From NCBI GenBank assembly GCA_016748015.1, contig JAAOMT010000003.1, forward strand, positions 1,492,373-1,556,372: 64,000 nt of DNA. The letters are read 5' to 3'. Both the position numbers and the translations under genes were made by a program. Origin of the DNA: Geosiphon pyriformis uo1 (taxonomy: Eukaryota; Fungi; Glomeromycota). Under the pieces are notes generated by a model. That model saw only the letters and a list, made by a program, of their open reading frames with translations. It had not been told where the DNA came from and did not search any database. Position 1 is the first letter of the stretch. Each line of letters begins with the position of its first letter. Of this stretch, positions 27,830 to 39,139 are shown piece after piece.

Positions 27830-30414
27830 TCATCTTTGGTTTTTTTTTGCGCCACAGTTCAATAAATTTTGAGGTGAAATCTTTTTCAGAGCACGGCCGA
27901 TTACTTTAAATCTTAATTTTTGTTTCTTTACATTTCTTGTCGGGGATGGTTCAAGATTTCTTTGATTCAAAGGACCGGTAGAGTTTGGAGGGTTATTGGG
28001 GGATAAGTTGCCATTATGGGACTCTTTTTTAGCGTTGTCTAAATTTTCTGCATGAAAAGTACGTTATTATTTTGAGAACCTCTTTAGGATCTGTAAATCA
28101 CAAAATTTACCATCTATTATAACCCGGTTTTTATCTATTCTTGGTTCATAAGCAATTTTTGAAAAAGTCTTTTCTTCGTTTTGCTCAATGGAAATAAGGT
28201 TTGCTTCAATTTTTTCGCTATCAACCTTGGTGATTGAAGTATTTGGAATAGGTTTCTTAAAATTGTAAAATTTTGCCGTCGATTGACTGGATACTTTCTC
28301 CAAGCCTATTGGGTGACTAGGAATGTTTCCGACAACAACTAATGCAGTTTGAAGATGTAAAAGCATATCAGCGAAAAGATTCATTACAAAAAATTGAAAA
28401 AGGTTCATACTATTTTTCGAGATCTCAAATAAAATTTTAACCACCTTTTAAGGATTCCGACGAGAAATCTTTCTCGATGCTATTTTTTCCTTTGCACTCT
28501 TGAATCTTTTCGCTATTCTGCGAACTAAATGATTGATCAGATCCTGGGAAATCGTTGCTAAATATCTTTGGATCACTTGCCCTATCTTGGGTAATAGTAT
28601 CCTCCTCTTAAGGAAGAAGATATAAAATTAAGATTAAAGTTTAATTGTCTAAATTTACCAAATGTCGCAATCTACAAACCTATGAAGCAATTTTGATCCA
28701 AATCAATGTTTTTCTCAGATTTTGTCGAGGCTTTTATTTGGTTCGCACAATTAGAACATGTTTGACCTTGAGTTGACAAAAGAATATCAAAGCTATTTTA
28801 GCCTTTGATCATAAAAAATCAAAAGACCAAGTTTCATTTCCTAATTACCTATCAAATTCTCATCATGATAGATTGTGTCGACTTGCGTCTCGATTCTGAT
28901 TTTGATGGTCGCAGACGAGTCTTCTAAAAATTCTCTCTGATTAGCCGGCAAAGATTCTAAAATAGAAAGAAATGAAAAATCCTTCATAGATACACGCGTT
29001 CAATTATGTTTAGCCCTTTGAATTACCTTTTTTTGCTTCCGAATCGATAACATTATGATCATTGTCATTCCCAGTACTCGGAATCGAGGTCACAGAATTA
29101 AGCTCGATATGACTACAAGATAATTTTTTTCCTGATATTTTGCGTCGCTTACTTATTTTATTAAAAAATTCTGTTTGATGATTATCTTCAGCTTCCTCAA
29201 CTTGACGAAAAATTGCAGCCGCTCGATTATGAAGTCGCAAATCCTCATCCCAAAATAATAAAATTTGAAAAATCTCTGCAGCCTTTGGCCGATTCAAGTA
29301 ATCTCCATCCCAACATCGCTTCATTAGCTCAACAAATAATGGTGGTGTTTCTTTATGTACATCCGGGCGAAGCCCATCGCATATGCTGATGACCAATTGG
29401 TCGTCATAAGGAACTTTGCAAAATGGTCGTTTCCCATTGCTGGTCGATTCCCACATAAGAATACCAAAACTGTAAATGTCAGCGGCTTGTGTGTATTCGA
29501 ACCCTTCCAAGACTTCAGGAGCTATATAAGGGACCATCTCCTTTAGGTATTTTTTTCCTTTCATATTTATTTGGTCTAAATATGATTGGGCGTTTTGATG
29601 TTCGTCATCGATGTGGATTAATGGTGTTCCATGTACTAGTAGTTCTCCAGAATTCAGGCCTCCATGAACCAGTCCATTGTGATGCAGAAATTTCAAATCA
29701 GAGGCAATGTACAAAAGATTAGCAATGATATTCTTCCAGTTCCAATTGCCAAATCCTCGATATATGTAGTTACTTAAATTTTCTGGCGTGAGGTTAGGGA
29801 CATATTGAATTACCATTATATAGCTACTATTGGCCGGATTTCGGGTAACTCCAAGGCATTGAAAGGCCCTTGCATGAACTTTGATCGATTCAATTATCAA
29901 TGATGTCTAGAGAGAATGACAGTAGCATTAATAAGAGAATGGGTCCTGGCATCTTTATTTGATAAATTACCTCATGAATAAGCTCTTCATCTTTGTCTGT
30001 GACATTAAAAAGTGGTTTTAATGCAACCTCAATACGAAAAGAATTTCGCTGCGATCGATTTTGAATAGTGAGCAAGTCAGAAGAGCGATTTAAAGTCCAA
30101 ATTGCTTTATACACTGTTCCATAACCACCACATCCGAGGATTTGGATGCCATCCAAACGATGAAAATCAATCCACTGAATAATGTCATTTTGATTGAGGG
30201 CCGTAAGTTGAGTATGTTGTATAAATTTATCAATCTCCCGATTACCACTGGACCAGTTTGAGAAAGATGCTGCCAAGCGTCGGGCATTACATGGCTGACA
30301 CCACGCGTCGCCAGTCTTAGGTTGATAGCAATCCCCACAAATTCCAAATCTCAATTGTTTTCGTCTCTTTGCATCGGTTGGAGCAAGAAAATCACCTTGA
30401 AAATGTTTAGGCAT
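27830..30414 (-). CDS. Glomeromycotina-type tyrosine-kinase-like pseudokinase, ~708 aa; exons 30414-29971, 29906-29027, 28956-28849, 28766-28680, 28606-28445, 28338-28111, 28047-27830
   Basis: CGDC..WCQPC..WSSGNREIDKFIQ N-terminus, GCGGYGTVYKA, VALK, YIAPEVL, ADIYSFGILMWE, KRCWD. Catalytic loop reads VHGGLNSGEL and no DFG/DLG is present. Five further GT-AG-joined exons stay in frame. Confidence 0.85.
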
Positions 30415-31262
30415 AACTTCCGGTAAAATTTTAAAGGGAGAAAAATTTAGAGTTGTAATTTTTAAAGCTAAAATTTGCTTTTCAATGGCAAAGTGATAAC
30501 TATCCAATCAAAAAAACAGCTCATAAATTTTTGTTCGGCTTAGACAAAGCCAAATGTAGGTGCAAGGATCAGAAATTTAGAAATATACCAAACAAAAATT
30601 CGGAATAGAGAGAAAAACTTTAATAGCCTCTTCTAAATTTAATGTTTCCAATATGCTTGGAATCTTGATTTGAACAACTTATGAATTCTTTTGATATTGT
30701 CGTAGAAAATTATTTAAATAATAAATTTTTTTTATAGCTGACATTAAATAAGCATCTATTTTGGTAGAACATATAAATTCTGTTAGTCTCAAAGCGTAAT
30801 CAAATAAACTGCATAGAAAAAAGTATTCGAAACAGAAAGATGAAATGCCTCATATTAAATTGAATCGACTTTCAGGACCTTGATCTGAAATTCTAGATAG
30901 AACAGCAAAGTTAATGAATTACTTAATCATTTCCCTTCGTCTACAAAACGCCCAATTCAATTTGTCAAACTATTTTTGCAGAAGCAAATCCTAAGCTACT
31001 TTAAATTTTAGGGTACTTTTCTTTCGCTCGTGTATCTTTGCCATAATTTGAAGATGTTTCAGATGATAGCTTTTCAGCTTATTCAATAGAAACAAGTAGA
31101 TTTTCATATCCAAATTCATTCCCCATACTTGCATATCTTCCTAATAAAGGACTGATTATCACTAAATTCGTTCCGAAGATCTATTTCTATTTGCTTTTGT
31201 AATAAAATAAATATCAAGCAGCATCGTATAAAATTTGGATTAACAAAGATAATACATGTCTC

Positions 31263-32791
31263 ATGTGGAAAATGGCATTGTTCGTTATCATCGAATTATC
31301 AATTGGTTCATTATTTTTATTTTTTTCAATCTTACAAAAACAAGCTGTGGAAGCCTCTGCAATCGAAAATCGATACTCAACCCGGAAAACAAATTCATTT
31401 GAAAGCTCTTTCAACGAGCGAGATGATTCGAATATTTTTCAATATTCTTTGATTGATAAAAATTTGGGCCTTAAAGAAGAATTTATCGCTAGTGAAGGCT
31501 CATTTATTGATTTATCTAAAGAACAAATTAGCCAAAATCCGGATGAATTAATCAAGAATGCTCTGTCATCCGTGGAAAGCACACAAAATCAATTCAAGAT
31601 GATTTCTTTAAACACAATAGAGGATTTAATTGTTAAAGACACCAATGACAGAGACGATATATTTTCGGATACCCCATTGAGTATTTCTTTTGAGCCAGAT
31701 CAGACCTCAAAGTTGGATATTCCCAAAGAATTGAACCAAAATGACTTTATATTGGAAAGACTTCGTTTTTTCGCCGAAATATCAAACACAGCGTATTGTG
31801 AACCGTCCAAAATCAAATTTCAAGTTTTAGGTAATTTTTTTTATAAATTTATTTCATTTCTCTTTCTGAAACTTCTCACCAAGAATCTTAATACAGCAAC
31901 ATCACCATCACAATCATCGGATGAAGTGATCATCGCGTTTGGTGGCTTGAAATCAGATTTGATCGACTACATTGAAAATAACAAGACCGCTCAAATCCGG
32001 TATCCTGCTTTTGAAGAAGAAAAGAAATATCAACAAAGGGTATACCTTAATTCGGATAAGCAACTAGTTAACAAAGCAATATACGAAATATGGGCTTCAC
32101 GACAGCAAAGTTTTTTCGAGAATATAAAAGAATACTTAACAATTAAAAATTCCGGTTATCGATTTGTGGGACATGGACTGGGTGGAGGTAAAAAAATTTT
32201 AAATCATAATTCACAGATTATTTTTAACCTGAAAATTTTAAATTTTTAAATTTTTTGAAAACCAGCTTTTGCAGTATTTGCGGCACTTTCTTTCCTCGCT
32301 CATTTTCCCGGCCGAAATATTGCGGTTTATACCTATGGAGAGCCACGTATTGGTAATAATGAGTTTGCTATTTATATAGCAAAGCTTATGGGTGATCAAA
32401 AGCTTAAAGTGTTTCGCTCAACTCGTACCGATGACCCAATTGTTCATTGGCCTCAGTGGACCAAAGTAAAATGGGGCGAAAAAAAAATTTATCAAGACAA
32501 GATGGGATAGATGATAAGCCATTTTATAATCATCATGGGACTGAGTACTATTACGATGCTGATCAGAAACGAACATTTAAGTGTGATACTGGGCTTGTTG
32601 GAAAAGAAAATCCGGTTGGTTTTTGTTTTTTTAGCAAGAGTTCTGTTTACTTGAAACTTTCATCTTCTCATTGCTTTTTGGTATGAAAAAAGTATTGCTC
32701 CAATCGAGATCAGATTGGTCGGTTAAATTTCAAGAAAGAATCTGTTCCTTATTTTGGAGTGTCCATGGAAAAGTGTCTTCACTTTGAATAG
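31263..32791 (+). CDS. Secreted Lipase_3-fold protein, predicted dead, with one frameshift in an A-run at ~32479-32487 (L7); exons 31263-31830, 31897-32187, 32266-32615, 32693-32791
   Basis: Signal peptide, acidic pro-region, ISNTAYC, FVGHGLGG (Gly 32175-32177), YTYGEPRIGNNEF, TRTDDPIV, HHGTEY, KESVPYFGVSMEKC (His lost). Confidence 0.8.
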
Positions 32792-33093
32792 GTCCCAATT
32801 ATGCAAAAAAAATTTAAATTCACTCTGATAATGTACTCGTTAATTATTTTATACCTGTTTTAATCTGTGAAACGGCAAGAATTTTAGGAACTTTTTTAAA
32901 AAATTCCATCAAGCTCTGTGTTTCATATTTACTGTTTACTCAATACAGGAGAAGTCACAAAATAATCAACAAAAGATTGAATTCTAATAAATATAGGAAA
33001 AAAGAAATATTTTTAACAGTTAATAACAGACAATTAAGGAACAGTAATAAATTTGAAATGACATCTCAAAATGGACGAACAAAAAGAGGGAAT

Positions 33094-34609
33094 ATGTTAC
33101 AGGCATACCTTTTCATTATTCTTTTAAGACAATTTTTTATCTTATATATATCTGGTTATGTTCTTTTTGAACATCGCGTCTATGCAAAACCATTTTCGTT
33201 GCCAGTCGAGGAGCCAGCTGTTAGTAAAAATTTGGACTTGAATCAGCTTCAAAATGTACAAATTGATAATTCCGAAGCTTTCAGCGTTACTCCTATACCA
33301 CAACTAGAGACGATGAAGCTTCCTTTAAATTTTTCAAGTATAAATTTCGATGGTAATGAAACATTGGATCAAATGTCACCCTCAGATATTTTTGATGGTT
33401 TTCCAATTAATGAAATTTCTGCCATTTCACTGCTTGACAATGAACCAAAAAAAAATGAACCCGAGATTTCAATGATTCAGTCTCATTCGATCCTCGAACT
33501 TGGAGAACCTAATAAATCAAGCTTCAAAAAGATGGAATCTCACTCCTTAGAATCAGTTTTGGAAAATCACAACTTTATGAATGATGATAGGAATGAAAAG
33601 TCGAAAACAACTTATATTTCGTCACTTACACCAGAAAGTTTATTAGCCGAAAGCAAGTTGGCAAATTTGAATCCTCTTCAATGGTTCAGAGAAGAAATAC
33701 CAGAAGCTGAGATAGACGAATTCAAAAAATTTGCACAGTATGCTAAACAGGCCTATTGTCTCCAAAACAAGGATAAGATTGCAGAGGGCATCTATTGTAA
33801 GTTTTAATATTGATTTTGTCAAAAAGAACTTTAAAAAATAATTATGTACATCTTTTTTTCAAATAGGGAAAGTTCAAAGAGAGCCAAGCTTTGATGACAT
33901 TGTTGTAAATTTTAGAGGAGATGAAAGGGAACTTCCTAACATTGTTACAAAAAAAAGTTTTGATCCTGAGCTTTTTGCAAGGTATTTTCCGAATGAAAAA
34001 AAGCTTTTTAATCAGATTCAGCGGCTGATGAATCAACATGTGGCTGACAAAATCATATTTGTTGGGCATAGCTTAGGGAGTGGTAGGTTAATTTTCAATT
34101 TCAAAAATCCAAAAAATTGGATTACTTTCTGAAATTTATGATTTTTTTTTCCGAGCAATGGCAGTATGGGCCGGAGGCCGAGCAATTCAACGTTTCCCTG
34201 AATCAAAAATTGAAGTTTACACATTTGCCGAACCGAGAATAAGCATCCGATCATATGCCGTCTCAATGAACGAAGCAATCAAATCGAACAAAATCAGTGT
34301 TTATCGATTCACCATGGCAAATGATTTTTGGATTCAACGACCCGATGGCTTTTTTGTTGATGCGATGCATCATGGAACTGAATATTTAATTGAATCTAAA
34401 AACCGAGTCTTTCGATGTCGTTCATTTGTTTATGATGAATCCAGGGTAAGGGTTTCGATTATTAATAATTGGATATATATATATGTTAAATGAATGCTAC
34501 TAAACAAGAAATTTTTTTATTCAAGCTTGGTGCCTCCCTAAGTCGAGCCATAACTGATATTGCACATGATGGGCCTTACTTTGGCTACACAATGGGAAAG
34601 TGCCAATAA
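33094..34609 (+). CDS. Secreted class 3 lipase with canonical GHSLG (L8); exons 33094-33796, 33867-34082, 34156-34446, 34526-34609
   Basis: Hydrophobic N-terminus, YAKQAYC, VVNFRGDE, FVGHSLGS (Ser 34070-34072), YTFAEPRI, FTMANDFW, HHGTEY, AHDGPYFGYTMGKC. Intact frame; alternative ATG at 33058. Confidence 0.88.
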
Positions 34610-34667
34610 CCAATGGATGTTTCACGAAATAGGCAATTTAAATATTTCCGTTGCCGAAATTAATGAC

Positions 34668-34683
34668 GGGGGGGGGGGGGGGG
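34668..34683 (+). repeat. G16 homopolymer
   Basis: 16 consecutive G in very AT-rich DNA. Confidence 0.9.
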
Positions 34684-35139
34684 ATAAAATGGCAAGCTTT
34701 ATCGTTTAATTGGGATAGGAATAAGTCCTCATATGCCTTTATATGCTTTGACAATCTGTTTTTTTATTTTTTAATAAAATATCAAGTACGTTGTGCATTT
34801 ACAATCTGTCTTGTAAAAATGCTCATCAGCTCGTTGCAACCCGATTTTAAATAATGAGGAGCATAAGTTTTATAATTTCAAAAGCAAATTTCAGGAAATC
34901 GTAATATTTAAAAAATTAGCCAGAACGATAAGAATTAAATAATAAATTTTCTAGAATGTATGATTTGAAAAATTCACGAAATATGAATACATGTATCTTG
35001 CATGGATTAAATATTATTCGACTCTTATTAGTTGATAAATGATCTGAAAAGAGGGAAGATTTTTCATACCTTTAATAGCTATAATTTTAGCTTCAAAATA
35101 AGCTTCAGTTAATTAATTGTTCTATAAACATGTTAGCAT

Positions 35140-35560
35140 ACCTTTATGTTTGTTTTGAGATCATTCAAGTTCTCAGTCAAAGTAATAAGGCTTTTGCAGC
35201 CTCGCTGTCATCTGATGAGACACCATCCTTTCGGAGAGTTTAGAATATGAGGTTAATATCCTTGATACAAGGTCAGCCCAAAATATGGAATTAACTTTAT
35301 ATTTGACTCCGGTTAATAAGCTTTAAAAATTTTTAAAGCATAAACTGGGAGTAAAAACAAAAAAGTCCAAAATTGCATGTAAATTTTATAATTCAAGAAT
35401 CTTTTGGATAACTTACCTCCACCAAGACCATGACCCGTAAAATTTATCGTGCTACCCTCTTCCATATCATGAGTTACAACACTTTTGACCCAAGTTTTTG
35501 TTAATACTATCAGCTAGGCCCACGGTATCGAGCTAACTCGGTTTTTCTAAATATCCAATT
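35140..35560 (-). pseudogene. Lipase-family remnant, Gly-type (L9)
   Basis: STINFTGHGLGG|gtaagt at 35416-35450 with the family's conserved phase-1 intron; flanks degenerate. Confidence 0.75.
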
Positions 35561-35839
35561 TTTTTCTCCATAAAGAATTTATTCTCATAAATTTTTCTAC
35601 TTGGCAGACAACCTTAAATTTATTTTGATTCCCAATATTTCGGTATAGTCTAGATTATTAACAATAAAATTGGTTTACAACTGGAAAATTTTCAATAGCA
35701 TTAAGTTGCTATATTTATAGGAAGTCGCATCAATTCTCTTGTTCTAAATATGAAGAAAAATTCCAAGATCCAAAATTAAAGTTTCTTGTAAAAATTCTAT
35801 AATTGAAAATTATGAACCTCATGGTCTGAGTGTCTAACA

Positions 35840-37329
35840 TCAAAGATCACCACCAAGACATTCGCGCATTGTGATGTCAAAGTAAGGTCCATAATGTGAA
35901 GCCATATATCGATCATTCGAGGTAGACTGACCAGCATTGCATTCCTTCATGAAAACATGCGAGCAAAAATTCAAAAATTCAATATTCGAAGCCATATTAA
36001 ATTTGTCAAAATATTAGTTAAAAGTACAAACCAAATTTTCACCCGTCCTTTCATTTCTATTTCCCTTGAATCCACGGCAAACAAAAAGAGCTTTATCATT
36101 TTCAATCAATGACATTGGATTTTTAATTGAACCGTCGCAATGACAATCAGGCTCCGAAATCCAATATTCCAATTCATGATGCTCAAATTCTCCTCTGGGG
36201 TTTACGTCTCGTGGCACAAAGTCATCAGCATTTGTAACTCGAAAGATATTCAAGTGTTTGTTCACATATTCTGCAAACTCAGAAGACCCAATACGCGGTT
36301 GTCCAAATGTCACAACTTTAATATCATAAACAAGCTCCGGAAATTTGTATTGGTCGTTGTGAAGAGCGTGTTTAAACTCTAAAGCTGCAAGTACAGCCAG
36401 GGCTTTGTTTTAAGATAAAAAAGTTTAACAGCTCAAATAATTCCAACAAACATGCGAATCATTGATCTTTTTTATAATACATGATACATTTACATACCAC
36501 CACCAATACCATGACCGGTAAAATAAACAGTTGGCAGAGGCTTTCCACTTATATAAAGGTTTTCGGTGGTTAAAAGGTGGTTAATTTTTCTAAAAAGCTG
36601 TTCCCTAATAAGACGAACCTCCGTATACCATTTGGTATCAATGTAACTGATTTTCTTATTTGGAAGTTTCAAAGAAAACTTCATCAATTGAATATTCCTT
36701 GCTTTCCACTCACCAACAGTCATGACTTTGCTTTTGAAATAGGCAACGATCACTTTATCCAGCGAATCAATGAAAACGTCAGCTATTTAGGAAAAAAAGA
36801 TTTCAGAAGGGTAAAATAATGTTGCAGAGAGTAATGGATTTTGAGCTAAAACAAAACTATTATAAATTATAACTGAACCTTTAATATCCTTTCTCCTTAT
36901 AACTTTTCCCACTTCATTATTATCCAAACAATAGCCCAAATTTGCGTACCTTGCCATATCACGCAAAAATGAGATTATTTGACGATTTATAACTATCTGT
37001 TTTTTTGGATAAAGTGTCAAAGAACGCTTTTCTTTAGCACTTGTAGAGTTTTCATTTTGGCGTTTACCAAGTCTAAGATTATATTTAGCAAAAGAAAATC
37101 TGAGAGATGACACTTTTTTTCCCTTTCGAGTAATCACTAATGTAGTAAAATTATGTATGGACTGATGAGATATTTCTGAAAGTTTATGATCACTTAAAGT
37201 TATTGTCTTTAACAATTCAAAGTTATGAATTTTAGAGAGTTTCGGATGCAACAATCTGCAAAGGATTATTATAAAAATAAATTCCAAGGCGTGTAAAAAT
37301 TTAAATTTCGCAAAATTAAATCCTTCCAT
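35840..37329 (-). CDS. Secreted Lipase_3-fold protein, predicted dead (L10); exons ~37329-36879, 36784-36498, 36402-36032, 35944-35840
   Basis: Hydrophobic N-terminus, two KR sites, YANLGYC, GEWKARN, YFTGHGIGG (Gly 36508-36510), VTFGQPRIGS, RVTNADDFVP, DCHC, SHYGPYFDITMREC. Intact frame. Confidence 0.9.
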
Positions 37330-38639
37330 GGATGAAACAAAAACTTTTGAGTCTTCAGATCACTGCCTAGTTTATTATATTTTTCTGTGGTAATTTTCAA
37401 TTTTAGGGGTTTAATGTATCTAAGTAGCACTATTTATTTACAGTGATATTGAGTAAAGAGAGATTTGTATTTTGTTTCAGACATTAAAGAAAGTTTTTTA
37501 TTTCACTCCTTTAATGTTCTTATATAGTTTAAAAAAATATATGACCCTAAAAATTTTCGATTTCCCTGACCTTTTTACTTTTAAACTTGATAAAAACAAT
37601 TTCATATAAAAGATTTTATAGTTGCTGAAAAGAAATTTAAAATATGAACTAAAGAGCTCAAATGCCTCCAAAGTTTTTGAATCATTTTTGTATTTATTGC
37701 TAATTCAATAATTCATTCTATTTACTTTAAAACGTTATAAACCGATTTATACAATGTACCGCATTATAAAGATTACATGTTGTTGAAATCCTTATAGGTT
37801 TTACAATTCCCGATAGTAATAACCAGATATATGTGTTAGTTGAAATTATTGGAAAAAGTTTATTTATTTAAATGAGTTTTAGTATATTTATTTGAATTGT
37901 TTTCATTTTTTAAATTTGACTCTATTTTGGTATGCAAAATTCAGTTATGAATTATTAGAAAAAAAGTTCCTGTCAATATTTCAAACAACAGAAAAAAAGT
38001 TTAAGATTAGTTTTTTTTGGTGAAATTAATGTTTCTGAATGGGTATTTTTACAATTAATAAAATAATAAGGCTTTTGCTTACATTTGGGTTCTGTATATA
38101 TACATTGAATTAGTGATGTATATGTCTCAACTTTTTGCCAATGTGCAAAGAATATTTGTCTTACAGATCAAGAAAGGGGTACATTTTTTCAAATCAAGGC
38201 CTTTAAAATCACAATATCTATTGTTTTTTTACCACAATTTTAAATTTTTCCTTGAAAATGAGCTACTATCAATCTATGACACTTCAAAAACTTTGGAATC
38301 AGTCTTTTTTTACAGAACTGATTATAAATGGACCGAATCCTAAGAGAAATTATGAAAAATTATGAAATTGAACAAGTAATTTTGTGTGAAGAAGATATTA
38401 CCAAAATATATATTATGACGTGTTATTTTTTCAGACGAAACGAGCTTAGAAATGAGAAAAGAATAAAAGTATAATATCATATTGGAAAATTAATAATGTA
38501 ACTCCAACTTTCAAAAGTGGTCGGAGCATCGAAATGTTTTGTAGAAAAAATTTGAGTTTTGCTAGTATTTTTTGACAAATACAGCAAAATTCTATTTTAA
38601 GTTTTTTTACCATTTTACAAAACAGTGTGTTCATTAGTA

Positions 38640-38900
38640 AGAAAACATTTTGCGTTTCAACAAATAATACACCAATTCATACTTTGAATGCAGTTGTAAA
38701 ATGGTTCGCAAAAAAACTATTGATTGGCCGGCAACCTCTCCCGACTTTAATCCCATAGAAAATATCTGAAAATTAATAAAGAATTATATTCAAAAGTGCA
38801 AAATTTTTCCAAAAACTGTAAAAGAACTTAATACTGCTTGAAAATAGAAGTGGTCTAATTTTAATACTTCACTTTTTTGGAAAGTTGTAGATTTAACACT
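38640..38900 (+). mobile_element. Tc1/mariner (IS630-Tc1) transposase remnant
   Basis: Degenerate QQ.N.PIHT..WF..IDWPATSPDFNPIENI* matching the Tc1 FQQDNAPxH / WPxxSPDLNPIENxW motifs. Confidence 0.85.
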
Positions 38901-39139
38901 GAAATAAAAATATTAAATCATGCATATATTTAATAAAATTCAAGTATTGTTTTCTAAAACAACTGTACATGCTAATTATAACCACAATAGTTTTCTATTA
39001 AAACTATATATGCTAATTTTAAAATATATTTTAAAAGCTATATTATATATTGTTGCCGTTAAAAATTATTAGATTTATATTCATAATATTGATTTCATTT
39101 CTTTTAATTATGTATGGACTAATGATATTATATATTTTT

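Noticed and set aside
28067-28444. 125-aa ORF as a stand-alone gene
   Set aside because: Better explained as an intron plus exon 6 of the pseudokinase.
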